Positions 24,147 through 33,004 of a stretch of 39,208 bases of DNA are shown piece after piece. Every line of letters starts with the position of its first letter. Position 1 is the first letter of the stretch. Position numbers and translations under genes: made by a program. The notes under the pieces were generated by a model. That model saw only the letters and a program-made list of their open reading frames with translations, was not told the origin of the DNA and searched no databases. Location: contig JBFIDQ010000002.1 in the NCBI GenBank assembly GCA_041603795.1, positions 1-39,208 on the forward strand, read 5' to 3'. Source of the stretch: Chlamydiales bacterium. Lineage in GTDB: Bacteria > Chlamydiota > Chlamydiia > Chlamydiales > JBFIDQ01.

Positions 24147-24879
24147 ATTAATGCACGGAGATTGCCTCGAATTAATGAAAACTATTCCCGATAAGTCGGT
24201 CGATATGATTTTGACCGATCCACCTTATGGCACGACGGCTTGTAAATGGGATACGATAATCGATTTTGATTTAATGTGGAAGCAGCTTAAAAGAATTACT
24301 AAAGATAATGGGGCTATTTGTTTGTTTGGCAATCAGCCATTTACTTCAAATCTTGTTATGAGTAACCCTAAAATGTATAAGTACGATTGGATATGGGTTA
24401 AAAATAGACCTTCCGGTATAGGATATGCCAAATACAGACCCATGTCATACCATGAAAATATATCTGTATTCGGTTATCCTAAAAATAATTATTACCCTCA
24501 AAGGATAGAGAGAACAGAGAGTGGAAAAGCTAGGCATAAATATCCGGTTAACCATTCCACACAAAAAGATAACGAATCTCATTCAGGATTTAATTTTTCA
24601 AAACTAGGCGTGAAACAACACCACCCTACATTAAAAAACCCTTCAACCGTTTTGAATTACAAAAAAGAAAGGGGTTTCCATCCGAACCAGAAGCCTGTTG
24701 CCCTTTTAGAATACCTAATCAAAACCTATACCCTAGAAAATGAAACCGTTTTGGATTTCACAATGGGCTCGGGCTCGACGGGTGTCGCGTGTAAAAATCT
24801 TAATCGCAACTTTATTGGAATAGAATTGGATGATAATTACTTCCAAGTCGCAAAGGATCGGATTGATGGGACTCAATAA
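24136..24879 (+). CDS. beta-class DNA methyltransferase (DPPY; N6-adenine likely, N4-cytosine not excluded)
   Basis: Motif IV LTDPPYGT lies near the N-terminus and motif I DFTMGSGSTGVACKNLNRNFIGIELD near the C-terminus, which is the beta-class order. AAGGA SD. The composition is AT-rich and GATC-poor. Confidence 0.85.
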   Translation: MDIKLMHGDCLELMKTIPDKSVDMILTDPPYGTTACKWDTIIDFDLMWKQLKRITKDNGAICLFGNQPFTSNLVMSNPKMYKYDWIWVKNRPSGIGYAKYRPMSYHENISVFGYPKNNYYPQRIERTESGKARHKYPVNHSTQKDNESHSGFNFSKLGVKQHHPTLKNPSTVLNYKKERGFHPNQKPVALLEYLIKTYTLENETVLDFTMGSGSTGVACKNLNRNFIGIELDDNYFQVAKDRIDGTQ

Positions 24880-25747
24880 AAAAGACGTCTCCCCAAATGG
24901 TGTGGATGCGGACATTCGCAATCGCATTAAGAATCGACGAGAGCGTCGCAAGAAGCAAGGCAAGTCCACGGATATTGCCGCTCCGAGGAAGAGTTATCCC
25001 AAAGGAGTCGAGCGAGCTTATCGAAAATTCCTTCGCCAATATGTCGCCCAATTGGAAGCGGCGGTGAAGAAGGTCGTGCTCCCAAGGATTCCCCAAATCA
25101 TCAATGAGCTCTCGTCCCAAAGACCGGACTCTAAGGATCTTCGGATCGATCAAATCGAATCATTCAAAGCCGCCCTGGATGCCCAAGTGCTCGAAGGCTT
25201 CTCGGATAATGAGCTCGCCACAATGGTGAAGCGGACAGGGAATCGAGTCAATGCACACTCCAAGGAAGCAATGGGAAATGCCTTCAAGCGCGTGATCGGA
25301 GTGGATCCATTATTCCAAGAGCCTTTTGTCGCCCAAGAATTGGAGCTCTTTGTGATTCAAAATGTGCGATTGATTGAGTCTATAAAGACAAAATATTATG
25401 AGGACGTGGAAGGGATCGTGATGCGCGGAGCCCAAAAAGGCGAGACGGGGAAGGCAATTGGCAAGCAAATATCCGAGAGGACGGGAGTCACTCGTCGACG
25501 TGGAGATCTCATTGCTCGCGATCAAGTCGCTTCTCTTAATGGGAATATTGACCAGCAAAGACAAAAAAATCTCGGTGTGTCCGAGTATATTTGGAGGACG
25601 GTCGGCGACGAGCGCGTCCGGGATGATCATGCGGAGAGGGAAGGTCAAAAATTTAAGTGGAGCGAGCCTCCTTTTGATGGCCATCCAGGTGAGCCCATTA
25701 ATTGTCGGTGTGTCGCCGAGCCAATCATCTCCACAATTCTTGATTAA
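24866..25747 (+). CDS. head morphogenesis protein (Mu gpF / SPP1 gp7 family)
   Basis: C-terminal signature ARDQVASLNGNIDQQRQKNLGVSEYIWRTVGDERVRDDHAEREGQKFKW..PP.....GEPINCRC. Confidence 0.8.
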   Translation: MGLNKKDVSPNGVDADIRNRIKNRRERRKKQGKSTDIAAPRKSYPKGVERAYRKFLRQYVAQLEAAVKKVVLPRIPQIINELSSQRPDSKDLRIDQIESFKAALDAQVLEGFSDNELATMVKRTGNRVNAHSKEAMGNAFKRVIGVDPLFQEPFVAQELELFVIQNVRLIESIKTKYYEDVEGIVMRGAQKGETGKAIGKQISERTGVTRRRGDLIARDQVASLNGNIDQQRQKNLGVSEYIWRTVGDERVRDDHAEREGQKFKWSEPPFDGHPGEPINCRCVAEPIISTILD

Positions 25748-25798
25748 AAAATAATAGGCAAAAGGACGTGCGCGTCTTAAGATTAAATTGAGGTACTT

Positions 25799-26986
25799 AT
25801 GATTCGAAGAGATCTTCTTGATCCGTCAAAATTTAAGAATGTGAAGGTTATGGATTCGGGCTTTGTCCGTGTCCCGGTCTTTGCTACTCGTGCCGGTGTC
25901 TTTATATATCAAAGAGCGGACGGGACGATCGTGCGGGAGCTTCGGCATCCGGACGATGTCTTCAATATGGACTCGCTTGAGACTCTTGAAGGTGTGCCTC
26001 TCACATCAAGACATCCCAAAGATCTCGTCAATACTGACAATGCAAAAGGCTTGACCGTCGGCGTTGTGTCGGACATGACTCCGAAAAAAGATGGCATTTT
26101 TGTCTCGACTCATGCGACAATCATGGATCGTGGAGCAATTGATGAGGTGATCCAAGACGGAATCGAAGAAGTGTCGTGCGGATATGAGTGCGATGTGATC
26201 GAAGAGTCTGGAATATTCGAGAGAGAAGACGGAGTCAAAGAGAAGTATGACGCTCGTCAAAAGAATATTAGATATAATCATTTGGCAATTGTCCCAAGGG
26301 GAAGAGCGGGGAGCGAAGTACGCTTCCGTCTCGATTCAAATAATGACTTAATTATCAATTACGATAAGGAGAATGTAATGAAAGTGAAAATCGGAGACAA
26401 AGAATTCGAGATGGAAGAAGATGCGGCAAAGGCCGTGAAGGATGCTCTTGCCACAAAAGACGGCGAGATCAAGACTCTTAAAGACGGTGTGAAGGACGCT
26501 TCGAAAAAAGCGGACGACACAAAAGAAGCTCTTGAGAAGTCGGAAGCAAAAGCGGACAGTCTTGAGACGGAGAAAAAATCTCTTGAGTCGGATCTTGAGA
26601 AGGCCAAAAAGGAAAATAAGGTCGACGCGAAGCAATTGAATGAGCTTGCAAAAGAGCGTCAAAATATTTGCGAAGTCGCCACAAAGATTCTTGGAGAAGA
26701 TGCAAAATTCGACGACAAGGAAAATTTTGATATCAAAAAAGAAGTCGTTGCCAAAATCTCTCCGGAGCTTAAGGTCGACGAGAAGTCCGAGACTTATATC
26801 GAAGCACGCTTTGATCATATTTCAGAGACGGCCGATCTTCACAAGGATCACCTTGCGGATGCGGTGAATAAGAAGAAGAAGGACGATGAGAAAAATGTCC
26901 CGAAGACGGATGCCGAAATTAAGGCTGACCGTGAGAAGCAAGCAAGGGAAGCTCACACGGCTCCTTTGAGCATGAGCAAAGCATAA
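25799..26986 (+). CDS. DUF2213-like prohead scaffold/protease-type protein with coiled-coil C-terminus
   Basis: Motifs VFIYQRADGTIVRELRHPDDVF...LEGVPLTSRHP....SCGYECD....YDARQKNIRYNHLAIVPRGRAGSEVR. The C-terminal half is rich in K, E and D. Confidence 0.65.
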   Translation: MIRRDLLDPSKFKNVKVMDSGFVRVPVFATRAGVFIYQRADGTIVRELRHPDDVFNMDSLETLEGVPLTSRHPKDLVNTDNAKGLTVGVVSDMTPKKDGIFVSTHATIMDRGAIDEVIQDGIEEVSCGYECDVIEESGIFEREDGVKEKYDARQKNIRYNHLAIVPRGRAGSEVRFRLDSNNDLIINYDKENVMKVKIGDKEFEMEEDAAKAVKDALATKDGEIKTLKDGVKDASKKADDTKEALEKSEAKADSLETEKKSLESDLEKAKKENKVDAKQLNELAKERQNICEVATKILGEDAKFDDKENFDIKKEVVAKISPELKVDEKSETYIEARFDHISETADLHKDHLADAVNKKKKDDEKNVPKTDAEIKADREKQAREAHTAPLSMSKA

Positions 26987-27021
26987 TTATTTTATAGGCT
27001 TATAAAGCAAAGGAGTGAGTA

Positions 27022-27471
27022 ATGAGTCAATTATCATACGACAATCAAGCGGTGGCATTCGAAGGGATGCTCGCGGACAATGCACCGAGAGACGTGAAGA
27101 GTGGACTTCTTGAAGGCGCGACACATCGATTCGGTCTTGCAGTATCTAAGGGTACAGCGGATGGGACTGTAAAATCTCCGGCTCCGGCCGAAGCAATTGC
27201 GGGTGTTTTATTTCACCAGCACGCACAAGAAGGCGATGCACTTGTAGCGGGTGACGTGGAGAATGTCCTCACAAAAGGAAGAATGCATGTGAAGGTCGAG
27301 GACGCGGTAGTAGAAGGTGGACTTGTCTACGTTCGGACAGCGGCCGGAGAGCTTGGAGCATTCCGAAGCGACGTCGACGCTGGCAACGCCGAGCTTCTTC
27401 CAGGTGCAAAATATGGATCAAGTGCGGGAGCCGGAGAATTGGCGATCCTTGACTTGAACCTTCCCGCTTAA
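27022..27471 (+). CDS. head decoration / cement-type protein (DUF2190-like)
   Basis: AAGGAG SD. Lies just upstream of the capsid gene. The sequence is rich in Gly, Ala and Val and looks beta-rich. Confidence 0.5.
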   Translation: MSQLSYDNQAVAFEGMLADNAPRDVKSGLLEGATHRFGLAVSKGTADGTVKSPAPAEAIAGVLFHQHAQEGDALVAGDVENVLTKGRMHVKVEDAVVEGGLVYVRTAAGELGAFRSDVDAGNAELLPGAKYGSSAGAGELAILDLNLPA

Positions 27472-27497
27472 TTAATTAGATCATATAGGAGGATCGA

Positions 27498-28415
27498 ATG
27501 AAAAAATATACACACCTTGACGCCGAGAGCACGATCTTCTTCGAGACACAACTCGAAGCGGTCAAGTCAAGATCTTATGACAAGAAGTACCCGGCGCTTA
27601 AGGCCCGGACATTAATTCCCGTAAGCTTCGAAGCCGGTGCCGGTGCGGAGTCAATCTCTTACGAGCAATTCGAGCAATTTGGAATGGCGAAAATCATCTC
27701 AAATTATGCGCGTGACTTGCCTCGTGCGGATGTGAAGGGGAAAAAATTTGTGAGCTCCGTTGAGTCTCTTGGAATGTCTTATGGATATTCAGTGCAAGAG
27801 ATCCGTGCCGCTCAAATGGCCGGGAAGCCATTACAGCAACGTAAGGCAAATGCCGCTCGTCGCGGTGTGATGGAGAAGGAAAACACAATCGCTCTTTTTG
27901 GCGATGCGGGGACAGGACTTAAAGGTCTTCTCAATAACGTGAATGTGCCTATCCAAGTACTTCAGGCCGATGGCCCGGGGATCCCTTGGAGTGGCAAGAG
28001 TGCCGATCTTATTATCCGCGATATGAATCTCGTGGCGAATACGGTTGTGACTCAATCAAAAGGTGTGGAGCTTCCGGATACGTTGCTTCTTCCTTTGACC
28101 GCATTCACATTCACAAGCTCGACTCCAAGATCATCGGATTCGGACACAACGATTCTTGCTTACTTCCTTGCAAATAATCCACACATCAAAAATATTGAGT
28201 GGCTTAATGAGCTTGAGACGGCGGGAGCGGGATCGACTCGAAGAATGATGGCTTACCGAAGAGATGAGGATGCCTTGACTCTTGAGATCCCTCAAGATTA
28301 CGAGGAATTTGCTCCTCAAGAGAAGGGACTTGAATTCGAGATTCCAGTTCACGAGAGAATCGGTGGAGTGATATTCTATTATCCTCTAAGTGCATGTTAC
28401 GCCGACGGATTCTAA
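27498..28415 (+). CDS. major capsid protein (DUF2184-like)
   Basis: AGGAGG SD. The N-terminal pattern FFETQLEAVKSRSYDKKYPALKARTLIPVS..AGAGAESISYEQFEQFGMAKIISNYARDLPRADV matches that family. A strong terminator follows the gene. Confidence 0.75.
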   Translation: MKKYTHLDAESTIFFETQLEAVKSRSYDKKYPALKARTLIPVSFEAGAGAESISYEQFEQFGMAKIISNYARDLPRADVKGKKFVSSVESLGMSYGYSVQEIRAAQMAGKPLQQRKANAARRGVMEKENTIALFGDAGTGLKGLLNNVNVPIQVLQADGPGIPWSGKSADLIIRDMNLVANTVVTQSKGVELPDTLLLPLTAFTFTSSTPRSSDSDTTILAYFLANNPHIKNIEWLNELETAGAGSTRRMMAYRRDEDALTLEIPQDYEEFAPQEKGLEFEIPVHERIGGVIFYYPLSACYADGF

Positions 28416-28435
28416 TACTTTAAAAGTTTTATTTG

Positions 28436-28469
28436 GCGGGGAGGGCATTGCTCATCCCCGCTTTTTTTT
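28436..28469 (+). terminator. rho-independent terminator after the capsid gene
   Basis: GCGGGGA (28436-28442), a 12-nt loop, TCCCCGC (28455-28461), then T8. Confidence 0.8.
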
Positions 28470-28510
28470 GAATACTTATTTGATCATTAAGCAGTAAGAA
28501 GGAGAATCTC

Positions 28511-28927
28511 ATGCTTGTAGAATACAACAAAGTAAATTGTCTTCACGTCCCATTATCAGTGAGTGACGGGAAGAATAATCACAAGGCGATATCGCCTGTC
28601 CAAGTGACTCTTGTGCCGGGAGTGAATTCAATTCCCGACGCCGATTGGGAGAAGTGTCAATCTCATCCGACCGTCAAAGCAATGATGGAAGATGGGGACA
28701 TCGAGCTCGTTGAGGCAAAAGGTGAAGTCACCGCCGACGACAAGAAGAATGGAGCTCCGGATCTTAAGGGATACAACGCAAAAGAAGCGGCAAAAGCGGT
28801 CAAAGCGACGGCGAATCCCGATCTTCTCGAAGAATGGCTCAAGATGGAATCAAGGTCGAGCGTGAAAAAAGCGATCGTGGATCAATTGGCCAAAATCGAA
28901 GAAGCGACGACTCCGGATCCGAAGTAA
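28511..28927 (+). CDS. hypothetical head-module protein
   Basis: AAGGAG SD; 138 aa. Confidence 0.5.
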   Translation: MLVEYNKVNCLHVPLSVSDGKNNHKAISPVQVTLVPGVNSIPDADWEKCQSHPTVKAMMEDGDIELVEAKGEVTADDKKNGAPDLKGYNAKEAAKAVKATANPDLLEEWLKMESRSSVKKAIVDQLAKIEEATTPDPK

Positions 28928-28939
28928 GGAGAATAAGGA

Positions 28940-29296
28940 ATGGCAATTCAAGTACAATATTTGACCGACCTATTCCCGGAATTCAAAAGCACGGCACCGG
29001 CTCGCTTGCAAATCTTCATTGATCTTGCTTGCGATTCGGTGAATGTAAATATTTGGGGGAGCAAAAGCGATTATGCGACGGCTCTCCTTACCGCTCACAT
29101 GCTCGCAACGGTCGGGACAGGTGACGGCAATGGAGGCAAGGGACAAATCACTTCCGAGAAGGTCGGTGATCTCGCTTGCACATATAAAGACAAAATGGGG
29201 GAGGACGATCCCGACGCATTATCCCGCACGCAATACGGTGCCGAATATTTAAGATGTCGAAGATCTCTTATAATCACTCCCCTTGTCACATGTTAG
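28940..29296 (+). CDS. head-tail connector protein (DUF4054-like)
   Basis: The pattern FPEF........I...L..A......WG.....A..LLTAHML....G...G.ITSEKVGDL...Y......L..TQYG.EYL matches that family. Confidence 0.55.
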   Translation: MAIQVQYLTDLFPEFKSTAPARLQIFIDLACDSVNVNIWGSKSDYATALLTAHMLATVGTGDGNGGKGQITSEKVGDLACTYKDKMGEDDPDALSRTQYGAEYLRCRRSLIITPLVTC

Positions 29297-29305
29297 GAGG
29301 GAATC

Positions 29306-29812
29306 TTGAGCTTCAAACTCACGTCTGACACCGAAGAGAAGGACTTGGGATTCAAGGCCTTATTGAATGAGCTCAAGGCACTCGAGAAGGCTCCCTTTGT
29401 CAAAGTCGGAATCATCGGCGAAGCAAGATATAAGCCATCAAACAAAGTGGGATCGCCTCCAAGTGATCCTCCGACAATTGTGGACATTGCAACGATCAAT
29501 GAATTTGGAGCTCCGTCCGCAAATATTCCCGAGCGTCCGGTCTTCCGGTCGACTCATGATGAGAAGAAGGGCTCTTGGGGACGACTCACGGAGAAGCTTC
29601 TTGATGGCATTATGACAGGTAAGGGCACCGTCCGTAATGCTCTCTCAATATTAGGCATCAAGATCCAATCGGATATCCGGCAAAAATATGTCGATATCGC
29701 GACACCGCCAAATAAGCCCAAGACAATTGAACGCAAAGGATCATCGAATCCATTAATCGACACCGGAAGGACGAGACAATCCGTCCAATTCGAAGTCAAT
29801 ATGGGAGGATAA
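29306..29812 (+). CDS. head-tail joining protein (HK97 gp10-like)
   Basis: AGGAGG lies 6 nt before TTG 29306. NIPERPVFR box. Position within the connector module. Confidence 0.45.
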   Translation: MSFKLTSDTEEKDLGFKALLNELKALEKAPFVKVGIIGEARYKPSNKVGSPPSDPPTIVDIATINEFGAPSANIPERPVFRSTHDEKKGSWGRLTEKLLDGIMTGKGTVRNALSILGIKIQSDIRQKYVDIATPPNKPKTIERKGSSNPLIDTGRTRQSVQFEVNMGG

Positions 29813-29814
29813 TC

Positions 29815-30180
29815 ATGAGTCTTCTCGCAAATTCAAAATTCTTAAATGACATTAAAGTCGTGCGATATTGCGAAGGCACTTATCGACACGGAGAGTATAT
29901 TCCCGGAGAGTGTGAAGAGATCGCCATGAAGGGATCATGTCAGCCATTCCGGAATCTCGAAATGCTCCAAGAGCAATTCGGACGCAAGGTGCGTAAGGCC
30001 TTAAAGATTTACACAAAGGATCCTCTCTTCACATTGAAGCTCTCTCCAAATGAGAAGGCCGATCGTGTGGTGATTGATTCCGAGACTTATGAGATCCATG
30101 AAGTCCTCGAATATAAGCAAATTCTCCCCCACTTCAAATCAATCGCGGTCTTAATGGATTCGCAAGAATTGGAGGATTGA
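29815..30180 (+). CDS. hypothetical neck/connector protein
   Basis: GGGAGG SD; position within the connector module. Confidence 0.45.
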   Translation: MSLLANSKFLNDIKVVRYCEGTYRHGEYIPGECEEIAMKGSCQPFRNLEMLQEQFGRKVRKALKIYTKDPLFTLKLSPNEKADRVVIDSETYEIHEVLEYKQILPHFKSIAVLMDSQELED

Positions 30181-30181
30181 G

Positions 30182-30727
30182 ATGCCGAATAAATTACTCG
30201 CAAAATCACAAAGGAATGCGCTCATCAAATGGGCGAAGCTATACTCTCGTCAAAAGAAGCTCCAATTCATTTGGAGTGAGCAAGACTCTCCGCGTCCCAA
30301 GCGTCCTTATGGGACATTGAGATTCCTTACCGGGCCTGTAAAAAGCGGAGCCGACGAGGAGAGAGTGTGTGACGATGGCAAGGTGCTCACTTCCGGCCCA
30401 AGACAATTCACATTATCAGTCAATATATATGGAGAAGAAGCCCTCAATCTTATGGCGACTCTTCAAGATTCATTGGATCTTCCGTCGTGTCGAGAATATT
30501 TTCGAGGACACGGACTCTCCGTCTTTGAGGAATTGGGTGTGCAAAATCTCACCTCATTGATAGAATCGGAGTATGAGGATCGATCACAAATGGATATAAT
30601 TTTTAATTATGCAAGCAACGTGGAAGACATAGTCGATCCGGGAAGCATCAAGACAGTTGAGCTTGAAGGCACACACACCGGCGGCAAGGATACTCACGTC
30701 GAAGAATGCGATGTAATCACACCTTAA
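30182..30727 (+). CDS. neck / tail terminator-type protein
   Basis: GGAGG SD. The motif SEQDSPRPKRPYGTLRF resembles w..qn.prp..pyi.l in terminator/neck families. Lies directly before the sheath gene. Confidence 0.4.
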   Translation: MPNKLLAKSQRNALIKWAKLYSRQKKLQFIWSEQDSPRPKRPYGTLRFLTGPVKSGADEERVCDDGKVLTSGPRQFTLSVNIYGEEALNLMATLQDSLDLPSCREYFRGHGLSVFEELGVQNLTSLIESEYEDRSQMDIIFNYASNVEDIVDPGSIKTVELEGTHTGGKDTHVEECDVITP

Positions 30728-30739
30728 TTGGAGGAAAAT

Positions 30740-31792
30740 ATGAGCTTAGATCAAATTATTAATATCACGATCGATCGTCAAACGACGGCGGTCACAAAGA
30801 AGGGCTTCGGCTCGGCGATGGTACTTGTCGAAGACAGTGAATGGCCGGTAGCGGACAGCACAAGGATCCAACAATTCACCGACGTTGCGGGAGTGACCGC
30901 ATTTTTCGGAGCGACGACTCTCGTTGAGGATTGGGCGAATGCTTATTTCGGACAAGAATCAAAGCCGGAGGTCTTATACACCGGACACCGTGAGACGGCC
31001 GAATCCGTTGCGGATGCTCTTGCAGCGATCGAGAATGTAAATTCCGATTGGTATGCTCTTGCGATGATATCAAAAGTCGAAGCGGACATCCTCGCCGCCG
31101 CTGCATTCATTCAAGCACGTCGAAAAATTTACGGTTATTCTTCGGAAGATGCCGACATTCTTACGACCGCCGGGACTTCAATTGGGGATCAATTGCTTGC
31201 ACTTGGATATGATAGGACTTTTGGAATTTATAACAGTGAAGCCGCCGAAGCATTGGCCGTGGATGCCGAGCATTCCGAAGCCGCTTGGATGGGACTTCTT
31301 CTTCCCGAAGATCCGGGGAGTGTATCTTGGAAGTTTAAGCAATTGGCGGGAGTGACCGTGTCGGTTCTTACAACAACCGAGAAGGCAAATGCTCACGCTC
31401 AAAATGTAAATACTTACACATCAATCGGTGGAGTAAATATCACCGAAGAAGGTGTGATGGCTTCGGGCGAATTTATTGACGTGATCCGTGGAATCGATTG
31501 GCTTCATGCAAGAATGCAAGAGAGGATTTATTCTCGTCTTGTGAATCTTCCAAAAGTGCCTTACACGACAAAAGGGATCGACACAATCGTCGGAGAAGTC
31601 ACCGCTCAATTGCAAGAAGGTGTCCGTAAGGAAGTGCTTGCCGAAGATCCGGCTCCATTTGTGACGGCTCCGGACATCCTTAATATATCCGCGAATGACA
31701 AAGCATTGAGAGTGCTTCCGGATATTGAATTCGAAGCGGTACTTGCGGGAGCGATCCATAAGATTATTATTAAAGGTGTTGTCAAAGCTTAA
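30740..31792 (+). CDS. tail sheath protein (DUF3383-like)
   Basis: GGAGG before ATG 30740. The N-terminus INITIDRQTTAVTKKGFGSAMVL fits the family, as do the size and the position upstream of the tube gene. Confidence 0.6.
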   Translation: MSLDQIINITIDRQTTAVTKKGFGSAMVLVEDSEWPVADSTRIQQFTDVAGVTAFFGATTLVEDWANAYFGQESKPEVLYTGHRETAESVADALAAIENVNSDWYALAMISKVEADILAAAAFIQARRKIYGYSSEDADILTTAGTSIGDQLLALGYDRTFGIYNSEAAEALAVDAEHSEAAWMGLLLPEDPGSVSWKFKQLAGVTVSVLTTTEKANAHAQNVNTYTSIGGVNITEEGVMASGEFIDVIRGIDWLHARMQERIYSRLVNLPKVPYTTKGIDTIVGEVTAQLQEGVRKEVLAEDPAPFVTAPDILNISANDKALRVLPDIEFEAVLAGAIHKIIIKGVVKA

Positions 31793-31817
31793 TTTGAATC
31801 AATTATAGGAGGGCTTT

Positions 31818-32246
31818 ATGGCCGGTGAATTAAAAAATTATAGTCCCAAAGATGTGAGTGTGATCGTCGGCGGGCATATTGTCTCGGGATATGCGGACGG
31901 AGCTTTTGTCTCCGTTGCAAGGAATGTGGATCTTTTTGCGGTCACGATTGGCGCGGACGGAGAAGGGACACGGACAAAGAGTGCGGATCGATCGGGAAGA
32001 TTTACAATCACACTTAAGCAAACAAGTGAATCAAATGCCGTGCTCGCCGCTCTTAATCAAGCGGATGAGCTTAATAATGGCGGTCTTGTGCCGGTGATTG
32101 TGAGAGATTCTCAAGGGAATTCTCTTCACACTTGCGAGCAAGCTTGGATCGTCAAAGCTCCCGATGCGGGATATGGCAAAGATCTCGAGAATAGGGAATG
32201 GGTACTTGAGACTCACTCTCTCACGACATTCTCGGGCGGCAATTAA
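31818..32246 (+). CDS. tail tube protein (DUF3277-like)
   Basis: The pattern YSPKDVSVIVGGHIVSGYADGAFVSVARN.D.....IGADGEGTR....DRSGRFTITLKQTSESNAVL matches that family. Confidence 0.6.
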   Translation: MAGELKNYSPKDVSVIVGGHIVSGYADGAFVSVARNVDLFAVTIGADGEGTRTKSADRSGRFTITLKQTSESNAVLAALNQADELNNGGLVPVIVRDSQGNSLHTCEQAWIVKAPDAGYGKDLENREWVLETHSLTTFSGGN

Positions 32247-32263
32247 AAGATAAAACGGCTTTG

Positions 32264-32320
32264 GGGATCGGCACGATGAGGAGAGTCACATAGGACTCAC
32301 TGTCAAAAGATCCCCTTTTA
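32264..32320 (+). terminator. structured terminator after the tube gene
   Basis: GGGGATC (32264-32270) pairs with GATCCCC (32310-32316) and is followed by TTTT. A nested hairpin pairs GAGTC (32284-32288) with GACTC (32295-32299). Confidence 0.55.
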
Positions 32321-32363
32321 ATATTTATTTTAATACTTAATTAATACTACCGCGGAGAAGATT

Positions 32364-32840
32364 ATGGCCTTAGAGCTTGTGAAAAAAAATATCAATGGAG
32401 TGACTTACGAGATCTCCCAATTCCCCCTTGAGAGATCACAAAAGACATTCCACAAATTATCGAGACTTATGTCCCCCTCAATTGGCGGGATGATTGGAGC
32501 CCTTGCGGATCTTTTTTCAAAGGAAGAGAAGCCCGGAATCGACACGGCGATCGAGGACATGAATTGGGATGCCCTCTCAAAATCGGTCGTGGCATTATTC
32601 TCATCATTAAATGAAGACGAGGCTCCCAAACTTACGAGAGAGCTTTGTGACGGAGGCCATATATTAGCCGACGGGAAAAAATTAGATTACGACACACACT
32701 TCCAAACAATGGGACTCGCTCAACTTTATAAAGTGAGCTTCGCCGTTGTGGAGGTCAATTATAAAGATTTTTTGTTCGATATCCGAGACGGTTTCGCCGC
32801 CGCCTTGGGAAGTCTTCCGGATATGATGCCGGGAGAATAA
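32364..32840 (+). CDS. tail assembly chaperone (short form)
   Basis: Lies between the tube and tape-measure genes. Contains a slippery heptamer with an open -1 frame downstream. Confidence 0.6.
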   Translation: MALELVKKNINGVTYEISQFPLERSQKTFHKLSRLMSPSIGGMIGALADLFSKEEKPGIDTAIEDMNWDALSKSVVALFSSLNEDEAPKLTRELCDGGHILADGKKLDYDTHFQTMGLAQLYKVSFAVVEVNYKDFLFDIRDGFAAALGSLPDMMPGE

Positions 32841-32995
32841 ATATTGATTGGGCGATATGGAGAGTCATTGGCGCGAAGCTTGGGACTCTCCGAGAAGTCC
32901 AAACGGAATGGAATTTGATCGATCTTCTCGATGCGAATGAATATCTCGACATCGAAGCGGACTCCGCACAATGGAGTCATGATCAAAAGGACTAG
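32364..32995 (+). CDS. tail assembly chaperone, -1 frameshift long form (join 32364..32774,32774..32995)
   Basis: The extension reads ...IDWAIWRVIGAKLGTLREVQTEWNLIDLLDANEYLDIEADSAQWSHDQKD* and ends 10 nt before the tape-measure start. This is the classical G/GT arrangement. Confidence 0.5.
32768..32774 (+). promoter_or_regulatory. -1 programmed ribosomal frameshift slippery site T_TTT_TTG
   Basis: In the chaperone frame the codons are gaT TTT TTG. The -1 frame is open from 32765 to TAG 32993-32995. Confidence 0.5.
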
Positions 32996-33004
32996 GAGGC
33001 AAGG

